64,000 bases of DNA from Hydrolagus colliei. Its lineage: Eukaryota. This document shows, in pieces, positions 1-12,000 of the stretch (within the stretch, counting starts at the first letter, position 1; each line of letters begins with the position of its first letter). The position numbers and the translations under genes are program-made. The notes under the pieces were generated by a model. The model saw only the letters and a list, made by a program, of their open reading frames with translations, was not told the DNA's origin and made no database searches. The stretch is from positions 52,204,001 through 52,268,000 of the forward strand of contig CM068743.1 in the NCBI GenBank assembly GCA_035084275.1, in the 5' to 3' direction.

Positions 1-1139
1 ATTTTTTCTTTAGATAAATAATGCTTGTCTCCTGTTTTTCCTAATTCAGTACAATTAATATTTTAGTAGTACACAGCACACTTAGTGTGGATCCCAACTG
101 CAACATTGTCTGAGATAACTAATGCACAATTGGGATTCAGACCTGCAATATGAATTGTGCCATTGGATATGGCAGTTTACTCTCTAAGCCATCATATAAC
201 CCACTTTATGTTATCTCTAATTCCCAATATTCTGTAATAATTTGTATGCCTCCTCAAGATTGCTGAAAATGAAATAAAAGGTTATCTTAAAAATGATTCC
301 TAAAACAATATACTGTACATATCTTTACTCTACACAGTTTGCAGTAACTGGTTACTGGGCTTTCAGATGATCCATCAGTCAGATGATTCTTTACTCACTC
401 ACTGTCTGGAAAGATAAGACATCAGTGTCACCGTAACTAGATGCTGCCTCTACAGTCCTCATGAACCATAATAATATTAATAACAATATGTCCAGCACCA
501 GAAACAGTAGATCACATATTGTCATCATGTCCAGATCCAGAGAATCTCATTCAAAATAACAATGTAGCTAAATATATTCACTGGATAATTGTATAAATAC
601 ATTGATATTGACGTAAAGTCCAACTGGTATGAATATCAGCTAGCAAAAGTGACATCAAACAATAATATCACAATAATATGGGACTTGCAAATGCAGATAG
701 AGAGAACAGTCATCTGCTTTGTAATATAACCTCAGGTTCTTTAAGACTTTGAGGTGTTTAATATCCACCTGAACCACTGGAGTAGTTAGAAAAGAGATTA
801 GATTGAATTCTATGCCGTTACAGTGGGGACCTTGGTTGTGCCAATGCTACACTATAATTTGTAATTCATGTCACGTGAGATTTATCAGAAAATTACTGTT
901 TACTGAACCACAATGGACAGAATAATAACGTTTACGATGTATAGAAGCACTCTTTAATGTTGAGGGTAACAATTTCTTGTTTGAATTCAGCATGAATAAA
1001 CAATACGTGTATACTGTTCAATGTAAGTTTTGATTGATTGAATGCTTGGGTACACGCACAACTCACTGAGAGGATTGAAACCTACTATTGGCTCAATATT
1101 CCGGGAGTCAAATGTTGAAAAAGATTATGTTAATTTACA

Positions 1140-1400
1140 AGTTTCATTTTGTACTGGTTAAGTGTCCTGGCCTCAACCATCCTCCCTGACAGTCATTAAT
1201 TACTCTCTGGGTAAAGAAAAATATCCTGGATATGCCTCGACATTGCCATTTGGTATCTAAACCTGTGTCCTCTTGTCTTGATAATTCCTAAAGTATTGTC
1301 CTGGGATTCCTATTTCAATAGTATTTCAAAAGTTCTACACCTCTGTGAAGTCCCTTCTGAAAAGCCTTTTCTCCAGAAAAAAAAAGCCAAAAGCTAAGCA
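1140..1400 (-). mobile_element. Decayed CR1-clade LINE 3' fragment
   Basis: Reverse complement resembles a CR1 ORF2 C-terminus (cttttcagaagggacttcacagaggtgtagaac, roughly RRLRGDLIEVYK; caagacaagaggacacaggtttaga, roughly TRGHRFK). Confidence 0.55.
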
Positions 1401-1569
1401 TACCCACCACCCCAGAATATCTAGCAAATTATGAACTGGTATGTACATAATAATACTTGTGCTGTGAAATACTATTCTGATTAATAGCTTGGTTCCGAGA
1501 TTGTATTTCTTATATTGTAAAGATATTCAATGCTATTTTACTCAATGGGAGTAAAGTACTCAATAAAAA

Positions 1570-2530
1570 ATACAACAAAATTACACTTGTATATCACCTT
1601 TCACGTCAGAAGGACGTCCAAAGGCACTGGACAGACATTGTTTCAGAACCAAGCTGGGGTTGGGGAAAGGGAGGGTTGAGAGAAAGGAGGGCATTTGGGA
1701 TGACCAATGGAACTGTTCAGGAGGGGGTTTTGAGGTGGTATTTGAAGGAGGCCAGGAGGGAGGGGGTGAGGTGGAGGGATTGCGGGATGGCGTTCCAGTG
1801 GTTAGGGGCAGAGTGGCTGAAGGCTCGCCCGCCAAAGGTGGGGCAGGTGGGTCGGGGGACATGGAGTAGGCTGGAGCCTATTGAGCGGAGGTGGTGGGCA
1901 GGTTGGTAGGCGATTAGGAGGTCACAGAGGTAGGATGGGGCAAGGCCCTGGAGGGCTTTGAATGTTAGGTTCATGAGCTTGAATTGAATCCTCTGATGGG
2001 GAGCCAATGGAATCAGGTGAGGATAGGGAAGATGGGGGTCATGAAACATGAAGCAGTAGAAGACATGGGGCGCGGAGTTCTGGATTATCTGCAGCCTATG
2101 GAGGGAAACATTTGAAAGGCCGACAAGCCTTCTTGGACTACATTGGCGTAGTTGAGCCTGGATGTGGTGAAGTCATGAATGAGGGTTTCGGTGGCTTGAG
2201 GGGTAAGGGAGTAGTGGAGTTGGGCAATATTGTGGAGGTGAGGGAAGGCAGAGCGGGTCATGGCTTGGATGTGGGGGAGGAAAACAGTTGAGGATCGAAT
2301 AGGACACCTAGTTTCCTGACTGGCATGGTGTGGTTGAGTGTGCAACCATGGAGGTTGATGCTGCTCGTGCCTGATGTGTGAAGGCACTGGAGCAAGCCAA
2401 TAAAGAGGCTTTCGGTCTTGTTGACGTTCAACTGCGGAAAGTTAGCTCTCATTCAGGACTTGATGTCTGACAGGAAGTCTGTCAGGACAGCAGTGGTCCT
2501 GGAGTCAAGGGCAGAGGCAGAAAGATAGAG
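1570..2530 (-). mobile_element. L2-clade LINE 3' ~950 bp (frameshifted ORF2 RT C-terminus plus 3' tail, subfamily A)
   Basis: ORF fragments QLNVNKTESL...VRKLGVLFD, HLHNIAQL...ETLIHDFTTSRLNYAN and QRIQFKL..LTFKALQGLAP.YL...GGRAFSHSAP.HWNAIP are typical L2 ORF2 motifs. Ends in the ...cgtgaaagg(c)g(c)tata..aa.tgtaattttgttg tail. Confidence 0.92.
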
Positions 2531-4397
2531 TCTCCTTTCTGTTACACTGAAAAAGCAAGCTTTGATAAGAGGATCTGCCGCTAGAAAAATAAAAGTGCTC
2601 TCAACCACACCTGTTAAAGATGCACAATTAAAGAATTTATTCTAATAAAATGGGAATATTTGCACCACAGAAAATGTCTTCAGAATTTGGTATGTTTTTT
2701 GAAAAAAAGTGTTATAGTTTTCCCGCCAAATCCCATCACTTTTGAATTAAGTTGCTACCAGAGATGATATGGAATTTAGACCTATGATCTCTAAAGTATC
2801 TCAACATTAAACCCATTGACTAAAGAACAGTTAGTATAGTTTCACTGGAAAAGACATGTGATCCTCGTCCCACAACCTCATCCAGAAGTAAAATAAATCC
2901 TTAGACAAATCCTCATGCTAATGGTGGTAGAGAGAAGGGAGGGGGGAAATTACAAAAGTGGATAAATGGAGCAGAAACAGAGGAGTGATCTTCCTTATAA
3001 AAGAGTGAGAGTGACAGGTGAATATGATAAGCCGTTTAGTAACAAATTGGCTGCTTAAATTCTAATTAAAATGGTGAACGTACGGTGTGGCCGAGATTAA
3101 TCTCGGTGTGCTTTACCCATCAATTAATACACATCCTGGAGTTCATTATTGATAATTATAGAAACGTTCAGATTAAAAACCATAGAACCCTTCCGCCTAT
3201 TATATTTCAGGAATTTATCTTGATCGAGGCTTCTCGTAAAACTGTATTTAATTTCCCTGCTTTGAATGCTCCGAAGAGTATTCGAGTTAAAATTCTTTTT
3301 TTTCTAACCTTCCCAAAGAAGTGCCAACCTTCAGATTATAGTTTCTGCCTGAGGTATTTTGCAGGATAATAACATCCTGATAGATAATTTCAAAGCTCCA
3401 ACAAAAGTGAGGATTGTGAAAGGGCATTCAGCGCATGAAACTCCACAGATCGTCTACAAAATACACAGTCACTACATTTTACAGTAAACCCTGTGAAGCA
3501 TTTTGAGACATCCACCTAAAGTGAAAGGCGCTATATCAAATGTAAGGATTATTATTGTTGTTATTAGATTTTTTCACTCTGGTGGAGAGATTCAAAACAA
3601 GCGCACATTTCCCCGAGTTAAAACTTCACATGTGGATTTGCAAACTGATTCTGATTTACAGCAGTTTTATTTTATTTGCAAGCAGCCAATTAAGCAAGAT
3701 AAGCCAGCAGCAGGGAGTCAGATGCTGGTCAGTAAAGGAAAGTGGTTAAGATTATTGATAATTAAGGAATTAATGAAGCTATTCCTTAAAGATTCCTTGT
3801 TTAAATTAGCCCTAGGAATGGTAAAAGAATAATGCAAATTTTGTTTCATATGTTCATCTCAGTTTATACAAATGTAATAATCGCTATACAAATGTAATTT
3901 TGTTGTTGTACCTACACCTACATCCTCCAATACTATGAGGTATGCATCCACCAGTAAACTTAAACAATTTGACAATGCAGAGGTATCTGCTTTTGTTGGC
4001 ATTCTGTGACACAGGTTCATTGCTGAACAAAAAAAAGCGTCTGATCTCCAGCCATACTTTAAGCTTTTTAATTTTAAACTTAAGGTTTCCTCTCAAATGA
4101 ATGCTTTGCAATAACTGTTTCTTTAGGAAATACCAGAACTCCTGTTTATTGTCATACATCAACAAATCTGTTTTTCAATTGCATGGACTAAAATGACCGA
4201 AAATCTTCTGGACTAAAACATATGTTTAATGAATATTTTGGGACTGGATGCTGTACATCAAGTAATCAAAGCCTCACATTTTCTTAACTATTTAAACCAA
4301 GTCATTATTATTAAACCAAATCCCAGTTTCCAGTAAAATATATTTGTTATGTTTCTTAAGTGAAGCAAAAGTATGATTTTATATTTTAGTGATAACA

Positions 4398-4700
4398 TAT
4401 AATAATCCTTGCATTTGTTAAAGAGCTTTTCATTTCTTCTAGACATCACAAAGTGCTTCACAGAATATACTGTAAACTGAATTGACTGCATATATTGGGA
4501 GAAAAGCTACAGCCAATTGCGCACAGCAGTGTCCCACAAACAGTCATGGATTAAAATGACCAATTTATTATTTTTTGAGGGATTATCATCAGGCGCGTGG
4601 AGTAAGGAAACTTGCCCAAGTTTTCACCCTGCCTGGAATCAAACCCAGGACTCTTGCTTGTATGGTGAGTGTTCTAACCACGGAGCTACAGGAGTCCACA
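4398..4700 (-). mobile_element. tRNA-derived SINE, full length (short variant)
   Basis: Head with A-box (tagctc.gtggtt) and B-box (ggtttgattcc), cttgggcaagtttccttactccac body, tail ...aaatgcaaggattatt. Matches about 20 copies in the window. Confidence 0.9.
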
Positions 4701-4845
4701 TTATCCATATTGGGGACTGTCTTTAGCATAACAGCTAGAAGCAGTCTTGTTGTTCCCTCCTATGTTCCAATAATATGGAACTATTATATATGATACTGAG
4801 TCACAGTGGTACATTGGTGCTCTTAGTGTATCATACAGATAATAA

Positions 4846-5160
4846 TATAATAATAATAATCCTTGCATTTGATATCGTGCTTTCACATCTTATCAACGTC
4901 TCAAAGCGCTTCACAGAATATACTGAAAAGTGAATTGACTGTATAGTTGTGGGTGAAATGAGGCAGCCAATTGTACCTCACAAACAGACATGGATTGAAA
5001 TGATCAATATTTATTATTGTGTTTTTATTCAGGACGGATTATTATTAGGGATGTGGAGTAAGGAAACTTGCCCAAGGTTTCGCTCTGACCTGCTGGATTC
5101 GAAACACAGGTCTCATGCTTGTAAGGCGAGTGCTCTAACCACTGAGCTACAGGAGCTCCA
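4846..5160 (-). mobile_element. tRNA-derived SINE, full length (short variant)
   Basis: Same family as 4398-4700, same orientation, (ATT)n tail. Confidence 0.9.
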
Positions 5161-6099
5161 CCATACAGTTCACGCACAATTAATGTACATGTTTACAACC
5201 TTTTGTGGTTTTACAGAAGAATATTAAAAGATATAATAAGCATGAGCTCTCAGCCTTGCTGAGAGCATGAGCGTAGGATTAGATAGTGTATGATAGCGTG
5301 GCTGATGAGGAGAAATACACTAGCACAAATGTAGTGGGACAAATGACCTGATTTTGTGCTGTTGTTTTTTTTAATTCTCTACATGTTGATGTGAAATCCA
5401 TTTAGACTGTGAATCTAATTAATCCTTTGACATGCATAATAAATGTACATGATCTTCTACTCTCCTGCAGTACAAAATGTGTCGTTTAGCGTAAAACCAT
5501 ATAAAAGTTGTGAACATGTTAATGAAACTGGGCACAAAGAGGATTGCTAAACACTTCAAGTGCAGATACGTGACAACCTGTAAAACTGAAGATTAAAGAG
5601 CATTAAGGTTATTGTTAAAAAAACTCATGGACACAAAACATTTATAAAAAGCATGATGATGTGATGGGAATATTTACATCATTGATTTTCTTCTTCCTGA
5701 CCACCCATTCTCTCTCTTCGAAATGGACACAATCATAAATCCCCTAATAACTCTGGCACAAGATCAGTCCACAAGGATGATTCCTTGGTCCTTATCTCCT
5801 CGCCATCTTCTCATTTTCTGCATTCTTCTAAAGCAATACATCTTCCCAATTTTGCTTTTGAAGTTGTTTTACTGTGGGATGGCTAGTCTCCATTTCCTTC
5901 TTGCCCTCCCCATGACTGATTTTGGATTGGTAATGATGCTGGTGAGGCCTTCCTCTGCCAGCTGCTCTTCATCTTTTGGGAGATACACTCTATAGAGTAG
6001 ATTGTACAGTAGAATAACTGAGCCTTGCAACATGCATATCCTTGCTGTGTGTTGCCCCTATTTTACATATAAGCTGTATAGACACTGCATACTCATATA

Positions 6100-6335
6100 A
6101 AAACTCATGCTTCTTGGAGAGGTTTTCAAAGGAATAATGCATTGGATGTATATTGACATGGCTTTAAAGTTGGGGATATTTAAATTACTATGGACCTACT
6201 GGACACCTATTTGGACAGAATGATCCCTCAAGGGATTAAATGATTGGATAGAATTCAATGATGGGTACGTGATTGGAGCAGCCTTGATGTGCCAAACTAG
6301 CATTTTTTCCCTTCTATTCTTTCTTTAGTTCTTAT
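6100..6335 (+). mobile_element. Old CR1 3' UTR/tail fragment
   Basis: gattggagcagccttgatgtgccaaactagcattttttcccttctattctt resembles the CR1 terminal hairpin and tail. Confidence 0.45.
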
Positions 6336-6547
6336 AACCAGTTGTAATGGGAGCCTCTCTTTTATTGGATAGTTTGTTATTTCAATTGTTCCTGAGTATC
6401 ATCATCTGCAGTCTCATATTGTAGAGTGCACAGCTTTCTGTTATGCTCTCAGGACCTTTGAGGCTTCGATGGGGTCCTGAAAACGTGCTCTTTGTTCTTA
6501 AAGAATTGATATACAAGCTCGCTTTGTGGCTATAACATGGTTTCTTC

Positions 6548-6622
6548 ATATGTATGTGCGTGAATGTATTTGTACGTGCGAATGCGTGTGTATGCTTGTG
6601 AGAAAGTATGAATGAGTATGTA
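6548..6622. repeat. Degenerate (TG)n-type microsatellite; a similar tract lies at 6940-7025
   Basis: tgtatgtgcgtgaatgtatttgtacgtgcgaatgcgtgtgtatgc. The two tracts flank the SINE at 6624-6935. Confidence 0.8.
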
Positions 6623-6623
6623 T

Positions 6624-6935
6624 AATAATAATAATCTTTGCATTTGATGTAGCGCTTTCCACGTCTTCAAGATGTCTCAAAGCCTCCACTGAATATACTG
6701 TAAGGTGAATTAAATGTATATTTTGTAGGCGAAAGGTGGCAGCCAATTGCGCACAGCAGTGTCCACAAACAATCGTGAATTGATAAAAACAATTTATTAT
6801 TGTTTTTTATTTGAGCGATTATTATCAGGTGTGTGAGTAAGGAAACTCAACCAAGGTTTTGCCCTGCCTGGAATTGAACCCAGTGTCTTGCTTGCAAGGT
6901 GAGTGTTCTAAATATTGAGCTACAGGACTCCACAA
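6624..6935 (-). mobile_element. tRNA-derived SINE inserted in a TG-rich tract
   Basis: Full head, body and tail match the window's SINE family. Confidence 0.9.
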
Positions 6936-8829
6936 TAAATGAATGTGTGAGTGAAATTGCACAAATATGTGAATGAATAAGTGTGTATATATGTGTGAAT
7001 GCATAAGTGTGTGTCTCTGTATGTTGGAGGGATACATTTTTTCTTACAATCACAATTCCACAAGTTCCATTGGGACACTTTTCATTGACTCAGCTGAGAG
7101 CAGTCATACAATGCTTGTGAACCTGTTGCTCAAATTATTGAAATGAAAAAAAAGTTCTTCTGTGTTGCTCTGTATCAAAACTATTTCCACAGAAAATCCA
7201 TTCACCCCCGAGGCTTCATTTTGAACAGATGTCTTGAGGGACAGTCCAGCCTGTGCAACATCTTCAACAGCACAAGAAGTGTTCAGTGTCGCCTTAAAAA
7301 GCTCCAGACCTGGGGGCAGAGGCAGGGAAACACTGCTGGATATATTTAGTGAGTTAGAAATAAAAGCCACCTTAAATCTAGGTTGACGTATTTCATGCTC
7401 TTAGCTAGATTGAATGACCACTACTCTTCAGAAATTTAAAAAGTGACTCATGACATTCAGTGTGACAGGAATGATGGTTACATTATGCTTTTTAATCGTT
7501 ACAGTGGCAAAAAGGCAGCAATTGCGTGTGCGCTGAGTGAGCGCGTGATGGATGTTGTCACAATTGGAATATTTATTATCACTTTTATCTGCCAGGGACT
7601 GAATGAGGACATTAATAGATGCTGTGCTATTCATTCTACTCATTAAAGCTGCAGTATCCCTTGGCAAGTAGTCTTGCTTGTCATTTTAATTGCTTCTACC
7701 ATACTCTGTGAGCTTCAGCCGGTGGGTCTATCGTGGCTGGGTGTCAAAAGAAGAATGGATGGCAAGAATTTTCATGGGTGTCAATGCACTATTCAACATT
7801 GGCTAGTTTTTAGCACTGGCTTTTTTTAATGTCCATAAAAAATGCACATATATCGAAAGGGATATTATAGCTTTCATCTTCAGCCACTATTCCCCAATCC
7901 TCTGGAAACCCGTCTGTCTTGTCCCCTCTCTTTCTATTCTCAAAAGCTGCCTAAAAACCTACTTTGTTCAGCCTACAGTGACGTCCAACTTCCCTACCCT
8001 TGCTCAGTGTTCTGTACCATCTCCACAAAACACTCACATTACCCTATGTGTAAAGCACTATATGAATTAAAGTTGTAATCCAAAATATTATTTGTGCACA
8101 CAAGATAGCAGCAACCAACACTCCTCCCCTCTTATACTGTAAGATATTCAATAAACATTTCAACTGGTTTAATTTGCAATACATTGTTAATGGGATTCTT
8201 TAACAAGAATTTGTGTAGTTTCAGACCTAGAAATAGACTCAGTAAGCAGGGTTTCTGCAGGTTGACATGGCATATTCCGATCACTGGAAGCAATCTCCAT
8301 TTATAATTCCTTATTAAGAAAGCATTTACCTACAAAAATACTGCTGTTACATTTTGTAGTGAATTCTGTGAAGCACTTGAGGATTGTTCTCTTGACGTGA
8401 GAAACGTTATATCAAATACAAGGACTATTATTAGAATTTCCATTAATATCCTAAATTAAATCCAATTTATTCCAATTATTCTGGCATTTACTACAATCAC
8501 AGTTTCACCTATTGAAAAATACTAGTAGTTCAATAGGTCACTGGGTACTTGCTGTATGCCAACATGTTAGATGGACAATTTCCTTTAATAGCAGCAATTC
8601 AAAGTTGTAGCTACATCAGACTTCACTTTATTATCCTAATTAGTGAATGACCCTTTAAATGCTACAGATGCTAACTTTCATGTAGAGGTGGCATACATTT
8701 TCTGTTGGTATATTAGATATATTATTTACTAAGACTTTTTAAAAATCCTTGCATTTGATTTGGCATTATATCAAGTAGTCGAAAAGTGTCAAAGTGTTTT
8801 GTAAGATTCATAATAAAGAGAGTACTCCT

Positions 8830-9030
8830 CAATTTGCTATAGCACCTTGGGAGAAGGTCTCAAAGAGCTTCACGGTTTTTACTGTAAAGTAGAATGACTG
8901 TGTGTTTTGTAGGCAAATCTGACAGTCCATTTGTGCACAACAGGGTCCCACAAACACCCATGAAGCAAATCACAATTTTACTAGGGATATTGTTGGTCAA
9001 GACACCGGGAGAAACTCCCAGTATTCCTTT
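8830..9030 (-). mobile_element. Ancient Deu-domain SINE relic
   Basis: catttgtgcacaacagggtcccacaaaca...tgttggtcaagacaccgggagaaactccc resembles the reverse complement of the DeuSINE (AmnSINE1/SacSINE1-type) 3' region. Confidence 0.65.
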
Positions 9031-12000
9031 GTCAAGTATAGTGAAAGTGTAGTTGTAGATGAGAAATACTCCAGTATCCTGTCCCGGGAGTATCTATTGA
9101 ACAGACAACAATTCTGAGAAGAATAAGCACAGTGGAATGGCACATCTGCTTTGTAGCTTTCAGCCATTATACATTAAGTGGGAATGCACATCAGGCTTTT
9201 GGCAGAGCACATATATCTGGTTCCAGCTGCAAGCTTTCAAGTCATGGATGGTGGAGCCGATTTTTCAGGGACACCAAACTTTAAGCAAACGCTTCTTGAG
9301 CACTATTTAAATTTGTCTGTGATGGAGAATTGTTCTGAGAAACAACATTTGTAGAGAAAAAGAGAATTCATTTAAAGAGGAACATCAGCCAATGTACACA
9401 ACTCGAATGGTCACATTTCCGTCAACATTCGAGTTGTGTGCACAGGCAAAGCAGGGCTAACATCAATATACTCAGTTCCACACTAGTTGCCTCAAAGAAC
9501 TACTGGGTAAGTCTGTCTGGTCTCAAATTCTAAATATTCTGTTCACCACAACCCAACATAATTTGCAAATCTGTAATCCAGATGGGGCAGGTTCAGCTCA
9601 GTTTCCACAAATACAAGCTTTGATTTTGCCTTAGGCTCAAGGTTACAACCATTCCTCACCCATTGACAAATAGCAATTGGGCCCAGTTCTGCTGTTAATG
9701 TTAATTCCACAGGTATTCCAATTACAAATGGTCCCCCAACCCTTGAAACTGTTTAAGGATTAGCTCCACATCTAGACAGCAGGGGTAGCCAGGTCACCAC
9801 CAGGGCAGCTTGCTAAATTTTGCATGTTCTTTGTCTTTGCATTTTCTCAATTTTCTTGTTGACAAGCTTCAATAACTTGGAAATAAATCTGCAAAAGAAG
9901 TGATCGTAACTTTGTGCACAGCCCAATAATAGCCATAACTTATAGGTATATTGTGCTTTAAAAAAAACTGTACTGGCAATTCTTCTTTTCTTGAACCATT
10001 TCTTGAAGTTGGATGAAAGTGCATTTTATTCGGTACTTAACATGCAATTTGCTGGCCTTTGGTAGTGTGGGTTTCTAATGGGTTCTCACTCCATCACCGC
10101 TCAATGAGTCTATCAGCAACTGTGCTATACTGTGACTAGCCCCAAAACTTCTGAGGGTATTATTTGCTCTGATTAAAATTGCTCTCCTATAAAAAAGGAT
10201 TCCTTCTACATTAATAAAATGTTGCAGAGCAAGTACCAGCACCATCACGTTTCACTTGATGTAGCAAAATGCATTCAAATCTGTCCAACACTTTCCTCAC
10301 CTCAATCTCTCTGTTCAAGCAGGAAAATGTTGGCTGTAAGCAGAGCTAGGCGGCATATCAGACTACATAATTTTAGATATAAAATTTGAATTTATGTTAA
10401 GGACAAGGAGGCTTTAAGGTAAAGTTATTTTGAGCCCAATCCTGCAGAATTCCTGTTGACCTGACACCTCTAAGCCTTTCACTAGATGTTATTGTACATG
10501 TTCTCTGTTTTAAATATCTTCTAAAAATCGCCTGTTCTGTCAGGATGCTTGTTTTTTTTAGGCAAAATACTTCACAAATGTCTTTTCCTTTATGTGAAAA
10601 TTGCCTCATCTGATGTTCCATACATTTAAGCTGTTATTGCGTCTGCAGGCAATTGAAGCCTACGAATCATAAAGCTAATACACTATGCAGTAAATCCCGT
10701 GAAGCGCTTTGTGATGTCCTACCAACATAAAAGGTGCTATATCAAATACAAGGATTCTTATTATATATTATCTTAAGCCAAACTGTTGAATTTACCTGTC
10801 CTGACTGCTGACTAATTAAATGCAACACACGTAATAATCTGAATAATCTTCTCAGCATGACTCCTTCAGTCAGGTAAATTACCCGAGATTACGTTTCAAA
10901 AATCAAGCATTAATGTCTCGCTCTGAGACTGAGAAGCAGGTGTCTGAAAATGTTCATGACCTTTTGCTATTAATACTGACTTCTCCGAATCCATAGTTTC
11001 CTTTCTTCACTCAAAGAGAATATTGTTTGACTGCTCCAATTAAAAAGGCATGACAATTTTTTTGATTTCTCATATCTAATAGGGAGCACTTCTCTGTGCC
11101 AAATGGTATATTCTTTATTTCATCTGGAGGTTTCTTTCGTCTGTGTAAACCAAGCACATTTCCATTGTACATACTCTAAAACTGTCCCTTTTAATTAAAG
11201 CTACATCAAGCAGCAATCTGGAAGCCATTACTCAGTAACTCTTCATCGTAATTACTTGCAGCTGAGAATCCAGGTCTCAGTAACATAAGAATAAAAGGGA
11301 AACTTAGTTAGTAACAAGTGCAATTGATTCCATTCAAAATTCCCCTGGTGTGCTGCCATGTTTGAGAGGAAACAAGCTTTTTTCAAGCCAGGAAATGAAT
11401 TGGCAGACTTGAGATGGACGATGTGCTGTTAGACTCACATTTTCAGATGGTCCTTGTTAAATCTGAGACTTTGGGGCTCCTGCTGTTGCCAGGATATTTT
11501 TTTTCTTGTAGCTATATATGCTTACCACTTCTAGGGAGGCTAATACGTTGACAAGCCACAGAAACCTGCCTCAGTGTTGCACTCCCGTGATAATTACCTC
11601 TTACCCTATTAAAACAAGATATCATCCCAGTTCGTAGACAGTCCTGGATTTTAAAAATCCTCCCAATCAAATGCGCATAATTTCTGATGTCGCAAACCGG
11701 TTTCGACAGAAACTTTGAGGACGATTTTGAAATATTCCTTTTAAAATATTATAGGTCGCAACGCACACATTTACACACATGCGAAGATACCTTCATTGAT
11801 GGCTTCTGTGTACGTACAGTTTGACATAAGCACAAACCACTGTTAACAGAAGCCTATTGAACAACAACTTGCATTTATATAGCACCCTCCTCTGAGGCAG
11901 CATCCCAGAGCGCTTAAGTAAGCTTACAGGTTATTTATATTGTAGGGTTCTTCACTTCACAGCTATTTGTGGGACAATACTGGCATAAATTACTGCCAGG

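Noticed and set aside
1581-2452. Multiple overlapping Pro/Ser- or Gly-rich ORFs (also at 16352, 25091, 35082, 37875 and 63069)
   Set aside because: Alternative-frame or antisense readings of GC-skewed L2 fragments, not host genes.
7104-7370. 88-aa minus-strand ORF in unique sequence
   Set aside because: No recognisable domain and no convincing splice or start context.
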